Source: a virus
DNA: 63,164 nucleotides
IMG/VR virus record: IMGVR_UViG_3300022166_000001
Strand: one strand, 5' to 3'
The notes under the pieces were generated by a model, which saw only the letters and a list, made by a program, of their open reading frames with translations, was not told where the DNA came from and did not search any database. Position numbers and translations under genes: made by a program. The first letter of the stretch is position 1. The number at the start of each line of letters is the position of its first letter. This document shows positions 51,395 to 61,981 of the stretch, in pieces.

Positions 51395-53026
51395 ATGAAC
51401 AACCATAAAAAGCTAGAGGCTTTAAGGGAATTAAAAAGACGGGAAAAGATTAAAGAATATACAGGTAACTTTGAGACATTCGCCAAAGAACAAATCCGTA
51501 TTCTCCCGAAAGATTCCCGAGAGGGGTTCCAACCTTTTGTCTTTAACGAGGCACAACATATTGTAAATGATGCTATTGAAAAACAGTTGAAAGAAACTGG
51601 TAAAGTAAGAGCTATCATTTTAAAAGCGAGACAGATGGGGTTATCGACCTATTCTGCGAGTAGAGTATTTTGGAAATCATATTTCAATAAGTATAACAAG
51701 TCTGTTGTTATGGCGCATGATAGTGCTACTTCGGATGCTTTGTTTACGATGTCAAGAAATATTATTTCCCACATGACGGATGAGTTCCGTCCAGAATTAA
51801 AGAAGTCTAACGCCAAAGAGATTATGTTTGAACATAATGAGAGTGGATATAGGCTATATACTGCGGGTTCTCCTGAAGCGGGTCGAGGTATTACACCTAC
51901 GATTGCTCACCTTTCAGAGGTAGCTTTCTGGCTTCACGATGAGAAGATCTTAGCGGGTTTATTTCAGGGTATTTCACAGGCTGACGGTACCGAGGTTATC
52001 CTTGAGAGTACAGCTAACGGCGTAGGTAATTCTTTCCATAGATTATGGAAGGGTGCCGTAGAAGGTACCAACGAGTATATCCCTATTTTCGTACCATGGT
52101 TTTTGATGACGGAATATAGACGGGCTGCGCCAGAAGGTTTTGAAAGAACTCCTGAAGAAGAGCTTCTTGTTACAAGATTTAATCTTGATAATGATCAGTT
52201 ATATTGGAGAAGATTAAAGGTAGCTGAGGGTGGGTTGGATAAGTTCCGACAAGAGTACCCTAGCACACCTGATGAAGCATTTATTGTTTCAGGTAGTAAT
52301 GTATTTAATGTAGAGAAGTTATCAGCTCTTGTTCCTCAACCTATACTTGCTCAGATGGACTTTAACTTTGAGTCTCAAATGATGGAGCAGGTAAAGAATG
52401 GATCGATTGAAATTTTTAAGTATCCTACTTTTGAAGATTCTTTTGCTATTGGGGCTGATGTTAGTCTCGGGGTTGGGAAGGACTATTCCACGGCGATAGT
52501 GATGAATGCAAAAAGAGAAGTATGTGCAGTATATAGAAATAATACTATTGACCCATCCCAGTTTGGCGATCTATTGTTCTACCTTGGCAGGTATTATAAT
52601 AATGCTTTATTGGCTGTAGAATCTAACAGTATGGGTATTGCTACTCTAAATAGGCTAACTCAAATGGGTTATGTCAATATGTACTTCCAAACGAAGATGG
52701 CTAACGTGAGTAAAGAAGAAGGCACCCGTATTGGGTGGAGAACCACAATGGCTTCTAAACCAGCCATTATTGGATTCTTGAAGAATGCTATCGAGCAGGA
52801 AGACATTTGGATTCCTTCCCGAATTGTTATTGGGGAGTTGATGAATTATGTTGCTGACGATAACGGACGCACTAACGCTATTGTCGGTCATAATGACGAT
52901 ACTGTTATTGCTCTTGCGATTGCGCTCGAAGTGATCCGTACTCACGGAGATAGACTAACAACCAACAAGGTATCCTTCACACAGAAGATAGGATCCTTTG
53001 AACCGGATAATACAAAATGGCTATAG
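51395..53026 (+). CDS. terL: Terminase large subunit
   Basis: 543 aa, first gene of the late arm. The ILKARQMGLSTY ATPase-region motif and the C-terminal nuclease-length region are typical of N4-type TerL. Confidence 0.8.
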   Translation: MNNHKKLEALRELKRREKIKEYTGNFETFAKEQIRILPKDSREGFQPFVFNEAQHIVNDAIEKQLKETGKVRAIILKARQMGLSTYSASRVFWKSYFNKYNKSVVMAHDSATSDALFTMSRNIISHMTDEFRPELKKSNAKEIMFEHNESGYRLYTAGSPEAGRGITPTIAHLSEVAFWLHDEKILAGLFQGISQADGTEVILESTANGVGNSFHRLWKGAVEGTNEYIPIFVPWFLMTEYRRAAPEGFERTPEEELLVTRFNLDNDQLYWRRLKVAEGGLDKFRQEYPSTPDEAFIVSGSNVFNVEKLSALVPQPILAQMDFNFESQMMEQVKNGSIEIFKYPTFEDSFAIGADVSLGVGKDYSTAIVMNAKREVCAVYRNNTIDPSQFGDLLFYLGRYYNNALLAVESNSMGIATLNRLTQMGYVNMYFQTKMANVSKEEGTRIGWRTTMASKPAIIGFLKNAIEQEDIWIPSRIVIGELMNYVADDNGRTNAIVGHNDDTVIALAIALEVIRTHGDRLTTNKVSFTQKIGSFEPDNTKWL

Positions 53027-53160
53027 ATTTAAAATTAACAAGTGAACAAAAGAAACAAATGAGTTCTTTTGTTAAACCAACTCCTCAGGGTAAATTAATG
53101 AACCCTAAGGAAAAGGTAGGCGAGAAGTCTGAAAGGACTTTACCTATCAGAGGTCGCTAA
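53017..53160 (+). CDS. Possible small ORF, 47 aa
   Basis: Overlaps the terL stop. It is the only sizeable ORF in the 250-nt gap and has no clear RBS. Confidence 0.25.
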   Translation: MAIDLKLTSEQKKQMSSFVKPTPQGKLMNPKEKVGEKSERTLPIRGR

Positions 53161-53273
53161 GGAATATCCCTTGTGTCCTATCCGTTGGCTACTCATGGCA
53201 GGGATGATAGTAGTAGCACCCATAACAGTCGTGTTGACTGATTGAATGATTGAATGTTCCAAGGAAGGTTAAC

Positions 53274-55526
53274 ATGACAGACAAACAAGGTATCCATCGC
53301 TTTAAAGCAGATAGGTATAAAGAGTCCGTTGGAGATGACGAACTCTTACAGATGATTGAACAGGGTATTACTAACTCTGTTGGTGACTTCTTAAACAGTT
53401 CCGACTTAGCTCGTGAACGCCAGAAGGCTACATACGAATATGGTATGATGCCTAACTTCCACTTGACTCCTCAAGGTGTATCTCAGATTGTTTCATCTGA
53501 TACAGTAGAGGCGGTAGAAGGTTATACAGCAATCTTAGCTGAACTTATGTTTAACAACAATAGGTTGGCTAGGTTTATTCCCGCCGGATCTCAACCTAAA
53601 GATTTTCATGAAGCCAAGACTGCTTCTGACCTAGTTAACTATGCTATCTTTAAGCAAAATAACGGTTGGGAAATCCTTAATACGTGGGTTAAATCTGCTT
53701 TGTTATGGAAGAACAGTATTGTTCGTTGGGAGTTCATTGAGGACTTCGACTACTCATTTGAAGAGTACGATACTATCAGTCAAGATAACCTAGACATCTT
53801 GTTAGCCGATGACGGTATCGAAGTCATGGGTAAACTTGAGTATGATAACGAACTTGGTAATGATGAACAGGGTAACGCTGTTTACCAAATGGTTTACAAG
53901 AACGTAAGACTTCGCCGTAAACATAATAAGACAAGAATTAATATTAAGAACGTACATCCAGAATGTTTCCGTATCACTCGTGATGCGCACTCATTAGATG
54001 ATGCAGCGTTCGTGGGTGTTCAGATCGACATGACTCGTTCTGAAATCCGTAAGTATTTTCCACATATTGCTGAAGAGATCAACTGGGACACTATTGGTGA
54101 TGGGTCATATGATTGGGCCACCAAGTACACCGAAGAGCAGTCTGCTCGTAAACGTCTGGTTGGCGAAGAGTATTGGCTTGGTGGAAATTCCCGTGAACTA
54201 TTTCCTTCAGAGGCGAATAGACAAATTACTGTTATCGAATGTTGGCTGAGAGTTGACAGAGATGGTGACGGTATCGCAGAGCTAAAGCACTTTATTATTG
54301 CTGGCTCAATGATTCTTCTTGAAGAAGACTGTGACACTATTCCGCTGGCGACTCTTTGCCCTTTCGAAGTACCTCACGAGTTCTTTGGTTTGTCTGTTGC
54401 GGATATGATTCGCCCAGCTACGTTAGCTACTACCGCTATCATGCGCGGTTTCGTAGAGAACGTATACTTGACAAACTACTCACCTAAGTTAGCTGACCCT
54501 AACGTAGTTGACTTCAGTGCGCTTCAAAACATGAAGCCTAAGCAAATCATTGCTACTAACGGTAATCCTACAGGCGCTGTTCAAGCGTTGACTCCTGACA
54601 CTATTAGCTCAGGTACTGTACCATTACTAGAGATGCTACAACTCCACAAAGAGCAAGCCACTGGTCTGTCAAAAGCAGCTCAGGGTCTCAATGACACGTT
54701 GTACGTATCAGGTAACAGTGAAGAGAAAATGGCTAAGGCTATGTCTGCAGCACAAGTACGTATTCAGTACATGGCTCGTAGATTTGCCGAGACAGGCTTT
54801 AAACGACTTACTGAGGGTATCTACAAGACTCTCCGTGATAAGATGCGTGGTAAGACCATGCACTACTACGATCAAAATGATATCTTTAAGAGTGTAGATC
54901 CAGGTACATTACCCTCTAACCTCTTGTTATACATTGATGTGGACGTAGGTGAGAATTCTAACCATAACACTATCAAAAAGATGGCTATGGTTGGTCAACA
55001 GCTAATTCCAGCCCTGCAAGCAGCGGGTGCAGGTGGTGCTGTAAATCCTGAAGCTGCAGTGCGTATTGCCTGTAAGACTTTAGAAGCTTTAGATTTAGAC
55101 CCATTAGACTACATGGTAGACTACACGGACCCTAAGTTTAAAGAACAAGCCCAAAAGTCTCGACAAGCTGAACAACAAGCTCAAGAGAAACAAAAAGCTT
55201 TAGAAGAGCAAGCCAAGCAATTGGACTTAGCACAAAGACAGGCTACGGTCGATCTTACTAATGTACAAGCTAAGAACGCTCTTCAAGATAATACTAAACA
55301 ACTTATGGTTGCTCTTGATAAATCTTATCAGGAGTGGGGTAAGCTGTATATCATGGCGGCTAAAGAAGGTGTTGATCCACCTAAGCAACCTGATATTCAA
55401 CAACTCCTACAAATGGCACAGGCATTCATCAAAGGTGAAGTGACTGGTGATGCTTCCCGCCCACAAGGTGGACAGCCCATGCCGCAGGTTCAAGGGCCAG
55501 CTGCAGCTATGGAACAACCACAATAA
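53274..55526 (+). CDS. Portal protein candidate (the longest ORF starts at TTG 53250)
   Basis: About 750 aa, directly after terL. AAGGAAGG lies 5 nt before ATG 53274. Gln/Ala-rich C-terminal tail. Confidence 0.65.
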   Translation: MTDKQGIHRFKADRYKESVGDDELLQMIEQGITNSVGDFLNSSDLARERQKATYEYGMMPNFHLTPQGVSQIVSSDTVEAVEGYTAILAELMFNNNRLARFIPAGSQPKDFHEAKTASDLVNYAIFKQNNGWEILNTWVKSALLWKNSIVRWEFIEDFDYSFEEYDTISQDNLDILLADDGIEVMGKLEYDNELGNDEQGNAVYQMVYKNVRLRRKHNKTRINIKNVHPECFRITRDAHSLDDAAFVGVQIDMTRSEIRKYFPHIAEEINWDTIGDGSYDWATKYTEEQSARKRLVGEEYWLGGNSRELFPSEANRQITVIECWLRVDRDGDGIAELKHFIIAGSMILLEEDCDTIPLATLCPFEVPHEFFGLSVADMIRPATLATTAIMRGFVENVYLTNYSPKLADPNVVDFSALQNMKPKQIIATNGNPTGAVQALTPDTISSGTVPLLEMLQLHKEQATGLSKAAQGLNDTLYVSGNSEEKMAKAMSAAQVRIQYMARRFAETGFKRLTEGIYKTLRDKMRGKTMHYYDQNDIFKSVDPGTLPSNLLLYIDVDVGENSNHNTIKKMAMVGQQLIPALQAAGAGGAVNPEAAVRIACKTLEALDLDPLDYMVDYTDPKFKEQAQKSRQAEQQAQEKQKALEEQAKQLDLAQRQATVDLTNVQAKNALQDNTKQLMVALDKSYQEWGKLYIMAAKEGVDPPKQPDIQQLLQMAQAFIKGEVTGDASRPQGGQPMPQVQGPAAAMEQPQ

Positions 55527-55575
55527 TGTAACCCGAACTTTCCCGAAAGGGAGAGTTCACCTAACACTTTAAATA

Positions 55576-55941
55576 ATGGACAAATACAAAGAAGGCTTTC
55601 AGAAGAGAACAAAGCCAAAAATGAACCATGATACTGGTGAATATGTTGTAGAACCTTTCCGTGATGCTCAAGTATCACTAGGTAAAGCAGAATTCGCAGT
55701 AAGAGAACGAGAACAATTCTTTGGTGAAGCGTACTCAGAGATCTTAGCAGACCTCTTTGTTACTTGGCTGAAGACTGAACCTCACGCTGTTAAAGAGCGA
55801 GAGTTCCTATACCATACCGCTATGGCATTAGGTAGCGTTAAAGAAAAGCTTGTAGGTATTGAGATGCTTGGTAACAACATCAAATACATTAACAAGTTAA
55901 AACAAGAAGCCAAAGAAGAGGGCAAGAAAGAAAATGAGTAA
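55576..55941 (+). CDS. Hypothetical head-module protein, 121 aa
   Basis: Clean ORF between the portal and scaffold genes. Confidence 0.55.
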   Translation: MDKYKEGFQKRTKPKMNHDTGEYVVEPFRDAQVSLGKAEFAVREREQFFGEAYSEILADLFVTWLKTEPHAVKEREFLYHTAMALGSVKEKLVGIEMLGNNIKYINKLKQEAKEEGKKENE

Positions 55942-56185
55942 ATACGTTAAAGCAAAAGAAGTTCTAGTTCGTTCACGAGACGAAGTATTAGGTGAGCTCG
56001 TTCGTGCAGGTGAGAGTGGTGGTGTGGGTCTATCCCAACGTTTCGCCCCTATTCTTGTTAACTTGCAGGGTGCTATCGAAGCAATCGATCGCATTACGGG
56101 TACACAAGATCAGCCAAAGGAAAACTTTGCTGAGAAAATGAAGGCTGCTAAGGCAGCTAAAGCGGCTGAAAAAGCTGCACAATAA
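55934..56185 (+). CDS. Hypothetical head-module protein, 83 aa
   Basis: 8-nt overlap with the upstream gene. Confidence 0.55.
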   Translation: MSKYVKAKEVLVRSRDEVLGELVRAGESGGVGLSQRFAPILVNLQGAIEAIDRITGTQDQPKENFAEKMKAAKAAKAAEKAAQ

Positions 56186-56207
56186 AACGGACACAAGGAA
56201 TTAATAT

Positions 56208-57344
56208 ATGAATTTATCACATCTCTCTACCAACACCCCTGCTTCAGAAATAAGCAGTGCGAGTTTTGATGACGGAAGTGTAAGTGCAGATTTGGAAGCA
56301 AAAAGTCTTGATGACATTCTACGTAATAGCCCTGCAGCAGAATTGCTCGGGTTAAAAGAATCTCTACCAGAAGAAGACGAAAGCGTCCCAAATCCAGATG
56401 AAGAGTCGGAAGAAGAACAAGCCCAAGAGAACGACTCGGAAGCTGAAAATGACCTAGATGAAAATGAAGAATCAGAAGAATCTGAGGAAGAGAATACTGT
56501 TGAGGATGACAAGTCTACCCAAGATACAGAGCTACCAACTGAAGAGGATATTGATTGGGAATACAAAGTACCCGTCACTGTTGATGGTAAAACTGAGTAT
56601 GTTACCCTAGAGGAAATCCGTAAGGGTTACTCTACTGATAAGCATCTATCTCAAAAAGGGCGCGAACTCGGCGAGCTGAAGAAGCAGATCGAGACTGAAA
56701 GAAATGAAAAGCTACAAGAAGTACTAACACTAGCTACGGTAATCAATGAAGAATTGACTGCCACTGAAACTAAGTTTGCTAATGAGTATCACAAAATCAA
56801 AGCCAATATCGATAAGGCTCGTGAAGAAGGTGACTCATATACAGCACGAGAACTTAAAGAGCAGCTAGAGGAAGCACAAGAAAAGTATTGGAACGCACGA
56901 AATAAACGTGAGGCTAATGCAAATCAAGTAGCAGAACAGCTAAAAGCGAATCAAGAAGCACAGCAACAAGCGTTACTGAAAGCGTATGAGGAAAATATTA
57001 CGAAAGTAATTCCCGATTATTCAGATAAAGTTGCTAAATCTATTCGTGAGTTTGCTGTTAAAGAAGGTCTACCTGAGACTATTCTTGATGTAATTTATGA
57101 TGTTAACATTGTAAAGTTCATTAATGATTATCGCAAGTTAAAGACTGCCAAGGAAACTGGTGAAGCAAAGCGTAAAGCAGCCCCAAGCGTTAAGTCGGTA
57201 CCCACGAAAAATGGAACACCTGCTGCGAAGAAGGTTCAACAAGCTGTAACTGAAAACCGTTCTAAGGTTCTTTCTGGTCAAGGATCAAAACAAGACGAAT
57301 TAGATTTTCTAAAACGTATTTCTTCTGTGAGCAAAAAACTATAA
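56208..57344 (+). CDS. Scaffolding protein candidate
   Basis: Very acidic N-terminal region (EESEEEQAQENDSEAEND...), then a long charged coiled-coil. Immediately upstream of the capsid gene. Confidence 0.6.
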   Translation: MNLSHLSTNTPASEISSASFDDGSVSADLEAKSLDDILRNSPAAELLGLKESLPEEDESVPNPDEESEEEQAQENDSEAENDLDENEESEESEEENTVEDDKSTQDTELPTEEDIDWEYKVPVTVDGKTEYVTLEEIRKGYSTDKHLSQKGRELGELKKQIETERNEKLQEVLTLATVINEELTATETKFANEYHKIKANIDKAREEGDSYTARELKEQLEEAQEKYWNARNKREANANQVAEQLKANQEAQQQALLKAYEENITKVIPDYSDKVAKSIREFAVKEGLPETILDVIYDVNIVKFINDYRKLKTAKETGEAKRKAAPSVKSVPTKNGTPAAKKVQQAVTENRSKVLSGQGSKQDELDFLKRISSVSKKL

Positions 57345-57374
57345 AACCAAATTTCACTTTAAGGAAATAATAAA

Positions 57375-58490
57375 ATGTCTGCAACAAACTTTGCAACTGG
57401 CGGTCCTAAGGCCGCAGCCCGTAGCGCATCTGCTACTGGTAACGCTGTCAACTCTGGTGAACGCGAGGACTTGGCTAACTTCATCTCTATGATTAGCCGT
57501 GACGAAACCCCTTTCTTGTCTTCAATCGGCAAGACTAAGGCTACTGCTGTTTTCCACGAATGGCAAACTGACGAATTGGCTGCTCCTACTTCTGCTGCTG
57601 TTGCTGAAGGCGTATCATACGCTACTCAGAACGCTGCTCAAGGCGCAGAACCTTTCCGTACTCGTTTGGGCAACTACACCCAGATCAACTCTAAGACTGT
57701 TACCGTAACTGGTACTAAGCGTGCTGTTGATCAAGCTGGTGTTGCTGACGAATACGCATACCAACTCAAGAAGCGTGGTACTGAATTGCGCCGTGACGTA
57801 GAGTTCGACTTGGTCAACTCATGGAACAGCTCAAACGGTTCTGGCACTCGTAAGTTTGGTGGCTACCAAGCTTGGGTCAACTACACTGCTGCTACAACTA
57901 CTCCTGCAACAGCATTGAACGTATTGACTACTGGCGCTGAGTACACTGCACCTACCAACATGGGTGGTGGTCAAGCTGGTACTTTCACTACTGTTACTAG
58001 CTCTGATAAGAACAGCTTACAGTTGTCACACGTTGACACCGTAATGCAAGCTATCTATGAGAACGGTGGTAAAGCTACTAAGTTGATGTTGTCTCCTGCT
58101 AACCGCCGTGTATTCAGTGCTAAGGCACAGTCTGCTGGTTCTAGCACAAGCAACGCTGGTGACGGTAACGTTCGCCGTAACATCGATGCTGATGGTAAAC
58201 TCCGTCAGTCAGTCGAGATCTACATGTCTGACTTCGGCGACATCATGGTTGTTCCTAACTACGTAATGGGTATTTCTAATACCAGCGTATCAGGTCTTGA
58301 CCAAGCCGCTAACTTCAGCGCATTCTTGTACGACCCAATGTGGTTCAGCTACGCTTCTCTACGTCCTCTACAAGAAGTTGACCTCGGTCAGCTTGGTGAC
58401 TCTATCATCGGTCAAATCGTTGAAGAGGGTACCTTGGAGTGCCGTAATCCAAAAGGCGCTGGCTTGATCTTCGGTTTGTCAGGTGCTTAA
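57375..58490 (+). CDS. Major capsid protein
   Basis: REDLANFISMISRDETPFLSSIGKTKATAVFHEWQTDEL resembles a capsid N-terminal signature. It shows the strongest codon bias in the genome and is followed by a hairpin terminator. Confidence 0.75.
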   Translation: MSATNFATGGPKAAARSASATGNAVNSGEREDLANFISMISRDETPFLSSIGKTKATAVFHEWQTDELAAPTSAAVAEGVSYATQNAAQGAEPFRTRLGNYTQINSKTVTVTGTKRAVDQAGVADEYAYQLKKRGTELRRDVEFDLVNSWNSSNGSGTRKFGGYQAWVNYTAATTTPATALNVLTTGAEYTAPTNMGGGQAGTFTTVTSSDKNSLQLSHVDTVMQAIYENGGKATKLMLSPANRRVFSAKAQSAGSSTSNAGDGNVRRNIDADGKLRQSVEIYMSDFGDIMVVPNYVMGISNTSVSGLDQAANFSAFLYDPMWFSYASLRPLQEVDLGQLGDSIIGQIVEEGTLECRNPKGAGLIFGLSGA

Positions 58491-58501
58491 TTGACCAATT
58501 A

Positions 58502-58535
58502 AAAGGGAGGGGAGAAATCCTTTCCCTTTTTATTT
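58502..58535 (+). terminator. Hairpin plus T-run after the capsid gene
   Basis: AAAGGGAGG-ggagaaat-CCTTTCCCTTT, followed by TTTATTT. Confidence 0.5.
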
Positions 58536-58549
58536 CAAAAGGAAAACAA

Positions 58550-58837
58550 ATGGAGTTTCTAAGAATTACCGCAACAGACGGTACTAAGCAATACATTCCC
58601 GATAACTATGTCGTAAAGATTACAACTGCAGCTGATACACAAGATGCTGGTTCTAACTATAGCGCACCTAAGGTTATTCGTGGTCGTATTACAGGCGTAA
58701 CATATTATGACGGTGCCAATGCAACAGCAGGTGCTTTAGTTGTAACAGCAGTTGGTGCATATGATGGTACTAACGCACGATACCAATATGGTTGTTTCAC
58801 AGTAGATGGTGCATTTGTCGCCACTATGTCTAACTAA
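58550..58837 (+). CDS. Hypothetical head protein (decoration candidate), 95 aa
   Basis: Clean ORF directly after the capsid gene. Confidence 0.5.
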   Translation: MEFLRITATDGTKQYIPDNYVVKITTAADTQDAGSNYSAPKVIRGRITGVTYYDGANATAGALVVTAVGAYDGTNARYQYGCFTVDGAFVATMSN

Positions 58838-58852
58838 AATAAAGAGGACACA

Positions 58853-59176
58853 ATGGGGTTTCTATCACAAGAAGACAATAAAAATAGTTTCACAGTTAAA
58901 GCTGATGAAAAAGATTTTAGATTAGAACAAGACGTTCAGGCATACAAAGACTATGCTGCACTTTCCCGTGAACGCGATTCATTTGCAGCTAACGGAAGAA
59001 CATATCGCTCATTTGCTATCATTCCAGATATTGTAGCTATTGATATGTTAACTAAATTTGGTTTAGACATTCATGCACCCGACTTCATGCATGACCCTCT
59101 TAACCTACGTAAATTAAAGAAACTAATTGACACCGAATATCCGGCGCTCAAGACAAGTAACGTAAGAGCCTTATAA
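58853..59176 (+). CDS. Hypothetical protein, 107 aa
   Basis: GAGGA RBS. Confidence 0.55.
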   Translation: MGFLSQEDNKNSFTVKADEKDFRLEQDVQAYKDYAALSRERDSFAANGRTYRSFAIIPDIVAIDMLTKFGLDIHAPDFMHDPLNLRKLKKLIDTEYPALKTSNVRAL

Positions 59177-59188
59177 GGAGAATAACAT

Positions 59189-60100
59189 ATGGCAACACCT
59201 AAATTTGACGCTCTGGTAGCAAAAGTAAGAGATTGGTCAAACAAACCCGAAGTACAAACTATTCCCGACAGCGTCATTGGTGATTGCCTATCTTATTCTG
59301 CGGATGAGGCTTACCGCCAATTAAGAATTCCACCTTTAGAATATTCTGTTACTTACACAGTAACTGCGGAAGATAATATTGGTGAGAATAGTTTAGGGCT
59401 ACCTTTTGGTAATGCGTACACTTCATTCGCTATGCCTGAAGATTTAACACAGTTTGTGTTTGTACGTACATTAGCTCAAGAAAACGCTGGTACATCGTAC
59501 TCAACATACCCATCAAACGTCAGTAAAGTATTTAACGAAGTAACTGATAAGCGTACTTTCTTTGACCTCTATGGTGAAAAGTATTCAGTATATAACTGGA
59601 TGTGGATGGAAGGTAAGATCTTTATTCACCCACAATTAGCTGTAGGCGCTCAAGTAGAGATTCACTACTACCGTAGACTACCTGCTTTGAATGCAGTGTA
59701 TGATGTAACACCTATTAACTACGTTATTGGTTTAGCGGATGCAGAACAACCTTATTTGTCGCCTGTAGGTTCAGGTGGAACTAACTTGTATTTGTCTACT
59801 TCAGGTGGTGTGCAGAAATGTTTTCAAACATTATCAGAAGCTCAAGCATATAACTCAACAGTAACTACTAAAATGTTTACTGGTAAAGAAGTATCTAACT
59901 GGCTACGAGATAGTAACGAACGGTTAGTAGTATGGGGTGCATTGTATAACTTAGGTGCGTACCTATTTGACGATACAATGGAAAAGAGATATGAAAAGAA
60001 GTTTATGGAAACATTATTGTCCATGAACAAAGAAGAGAAAATGCGTAGAGCATCTGGTGGTAACGTTCAGATGAACTTTAACACCAACGGAAACATCTAA
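59189..60100 (+). CDS. Virion structural protein (head-tail adaptor candidate), 303 aa
   Basis: AAGGAG RBS. Positioned between the head and fibre genes. Confidence 0.5.
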   Translation: MATPKFDALVAKVRDWSNKPEVQTIPDSVIGDCLSYSADEAYRQLRIPPLEYSVTYTVTAEDNIGENSLGLPFGNAYTSFAMPEDLTQFVFVRTLAQENAGTSYSTYPSNVSKVFNEVTDKRTFFDLYGEKYSVYNWMWMEGKIFIHPQLAVGAQVEIHYYRRLPALNAVYDVTPINYVIGLADAEQPYLSPVGSGGTNLYLSTSGGVQKCFQTLSEAQAYNSTVTTKMFTGKEVSNWLRDSNERLVVWGALYNLGAYLFDDTMEKRYEKKFMETLLSMNKEEKMRRASGGNVQMNFNTNGNI

Positions 60101-60110
60101 GGAGAGTCTA

Positions 60111-61628
60111 ATGGCATACGAACAAAAACCGGGTATGACCGGAAATATCTCAGGTGGTGGTGAGTATGATGACTTAGACACGGTCAATTCCCATAACTAC
60201 TTTATTTTAGGTGCTGAAGATGCTGCTGCTGCAGCTCTTAGCGCCGCCGCTGCATTAGCTTCTCAAAATGCTGCTCATGCATCTGAAGTAGCTGCTTTGG
60301 CTTCTCAAAATGCTGCTGCAACGTCAGAGGCTAACGCGCTATCTTATAAAAATTCAGCTTCAGCAAGCGCTACTGCAGCTGCTACATCAGCAACCAACAG
60401 TGCTAATAGTGCTTCTGCCTCAGCTACGTCAGCAACTAGCTCAGCTAACAGTGCTACAACAGCAACCACACAGGCTGGTATTGCAACAACTCAAGCAGGT
60501 ATTGCCACTACACAGGCTACTAATGCTACTGCCTCTGCAACTGCTGCTGCAGCTACTCTTGCGGCTGTTCAAACCGTATTTGATAACTTTGATGATATCT
60601 ATTTAGGTGCTAAGAATAGTGATCCAACAGTAGATAATGACGGTAACCCTCTTGTTGCAGGTCAAATGTACTGGAATACACCTGTACAAGAGATTCGTTT
60701 TTATAACGGTTCTGTATGGGAACGCCCAGAATACGCTGCTTCACAATCGGCTATCGCAGCTAATAATAGCGCAACAGCTGCGGCAACATCTGCAACTAAT
60801 GCTGCTGCAAGTGCAACTAGCGCTTCAGGATTTGCAACGACAGCAACTACTCAAGCGGCAAATGCAAGTACTTCTGCAACAAGTGCTTCTACTAGTGCGA
60901 CTACTGCTACAACCCAAGCAGGTATTGCTACTACACAGGCTACTAATGCAGCAACATCCGCAACTAACTCTGCAGCTTCGGCTACATCAGCTGCTTCAAG
61001 CGCATCTACTGCAACAACTCAAGCAACTAATGCTTCTGCAAGCGCCGCTAGTGCAGCCACATCAGCAACTAACGCTTACAACTACTCTACATCAGCAACA
61101 ACTACTGTACGCAACGAGTCAGGCGCAACATACCTAGCTGGTACTGTTATTTTACTAAACGGTAACTCAGGTAATAAACCTTTAGCTGTTAAAGCTCAGG
61201 CAAACAGCGAAGCAACTTCTTCAGGTACCTTTGGTGTTATCCGCTATGATTTAACAACTAATACTAACGGTGACGCTGTTACAGGCGGTCTTGTAGCAGG
61301 TTTAGATACATCAGCATACACAGCCGGACAAGTCTTATGGCTATCTCCAACAACAGCTGGTGGATACACAACTACAAAACCAGTTGCGCCTAATCACGCA
61401 GTTAAAGTAGGTGTAGTACAACGTTCACACGCTAATCAAGGTGAAATCATTGTATCGATTGCTAATGGTTACGAACTAGAAGAACTACATAACGTACTTA
61501 TTACTTCAGTAGCAGACAAGAACATCATTGCATACGACTCAGCAACAAGCTTATACAAAAACATTGACGGTACAACTATCTATGATGCTGCGGGTGTAGG
61601 TGTCGCAATGGCGATTGCTTTAGGTTGA
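60111..61628 (+). CDS. Tail fibre with two Ala/Ser/Thr-rich repeat blocks
   Basis: Repeats of SATNSANSASASATSA and TTQAGIATTQATNA flank a conserved-looking DDIYLGAKNSDPTVDNDGNPLVAGQMYWNT motif. Confidence 0.65.
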   Translation: MAYEQKPGMTGNISGGGEYDDLDTVNSHNYFILGAEDAAAAALSAAAALASQNAAHASEVAALASQNAAATSEANALSYKNSASASATAAATSATNSANSASASATSATSSANSATTATTQAGIATTQAGIATTQATNATASATAAAATLAAVQTVFDNFDDIYLGAKNSDPTVDNDGNPLVAGQMYWNTPVQEIRFYNGSVWERPEYAASQSAIAANNSATAAATSATNAAASATSASGFATTATTQAANASTSATSASTSATTATTQAGIATTQATNAATSATNSAASATSAASSASTATTQATNASASAASAATSATNAYNYSTSATTTVRNESGATYLAGTVILLNGNSGNKPLAVKAQANSEATSSGTFGVIRYDLTTNTNGDAVTGGLVAGLDTSAYTAGQVLWLSPTTAGGYTTTKPVAPNHAVKVGVVQRSHANQGEIIVSIANGYELEELHNVLITSVADKNIIAYDSATSLYKNIDGTTIYDAAGVGVAMAIALG

Positions 61629-61645
61629 CACATAAAGGAAAATAA

Positions 61646-61972
61646 ATGGCAAATACATTTACATCCTACGGTAATAAATCCGTGGGTACATCTGCTGCAA
61701 CAATCGTAACGGTTGGCGCATCTACACAGACAACTATTATCGGTTTGTCATGTGCAAACACTACTTCAACTGCTGTATATGCAGACGTCTATTTTACACG
61801 TTCAGGTGTAGACTACTATTTAATTAAATCTGCTTTAGTACCCGTAGGTGGTACTCTTGTGGTTGTTGGTGGCGATCAAAAGGTTGTATTAACAACTGGT
61901 GATGTGCTTAAGGTAGTATCATCTGTAGCATCTTCACTTGATGTTGTGACCTCTGTATTGAACATTACTTAA
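61646..61972 (+). CDS. Hypothetical fibre-module protein, 108 aa
   Basis: AAGGAAA RBS; beta-rich sequence. Confidence 0.55.
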   Translation: MANTFTSYGNKSVGTSAATIVTVGASTQTTIIGLSCANTTSTAVYADVYFTRSGVDYYLIKSALVPVGGTLVVVGGDQKVVLTTGDVLKVVSSVASSLDVVTSVLNIT

Positions 61973-61981
61973 GGAGTTTTT

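Noticed and set aside
60310-61137. Plus-strand ORFs 60310-60606 and 60637-61137 (Leu/Gln-rich)
   Set aside because: They are alternative frames of the Ala/Ser/Thr repeat region inside the well-supported 505-aa fibre gene. They have no RBS and low-complexity products.
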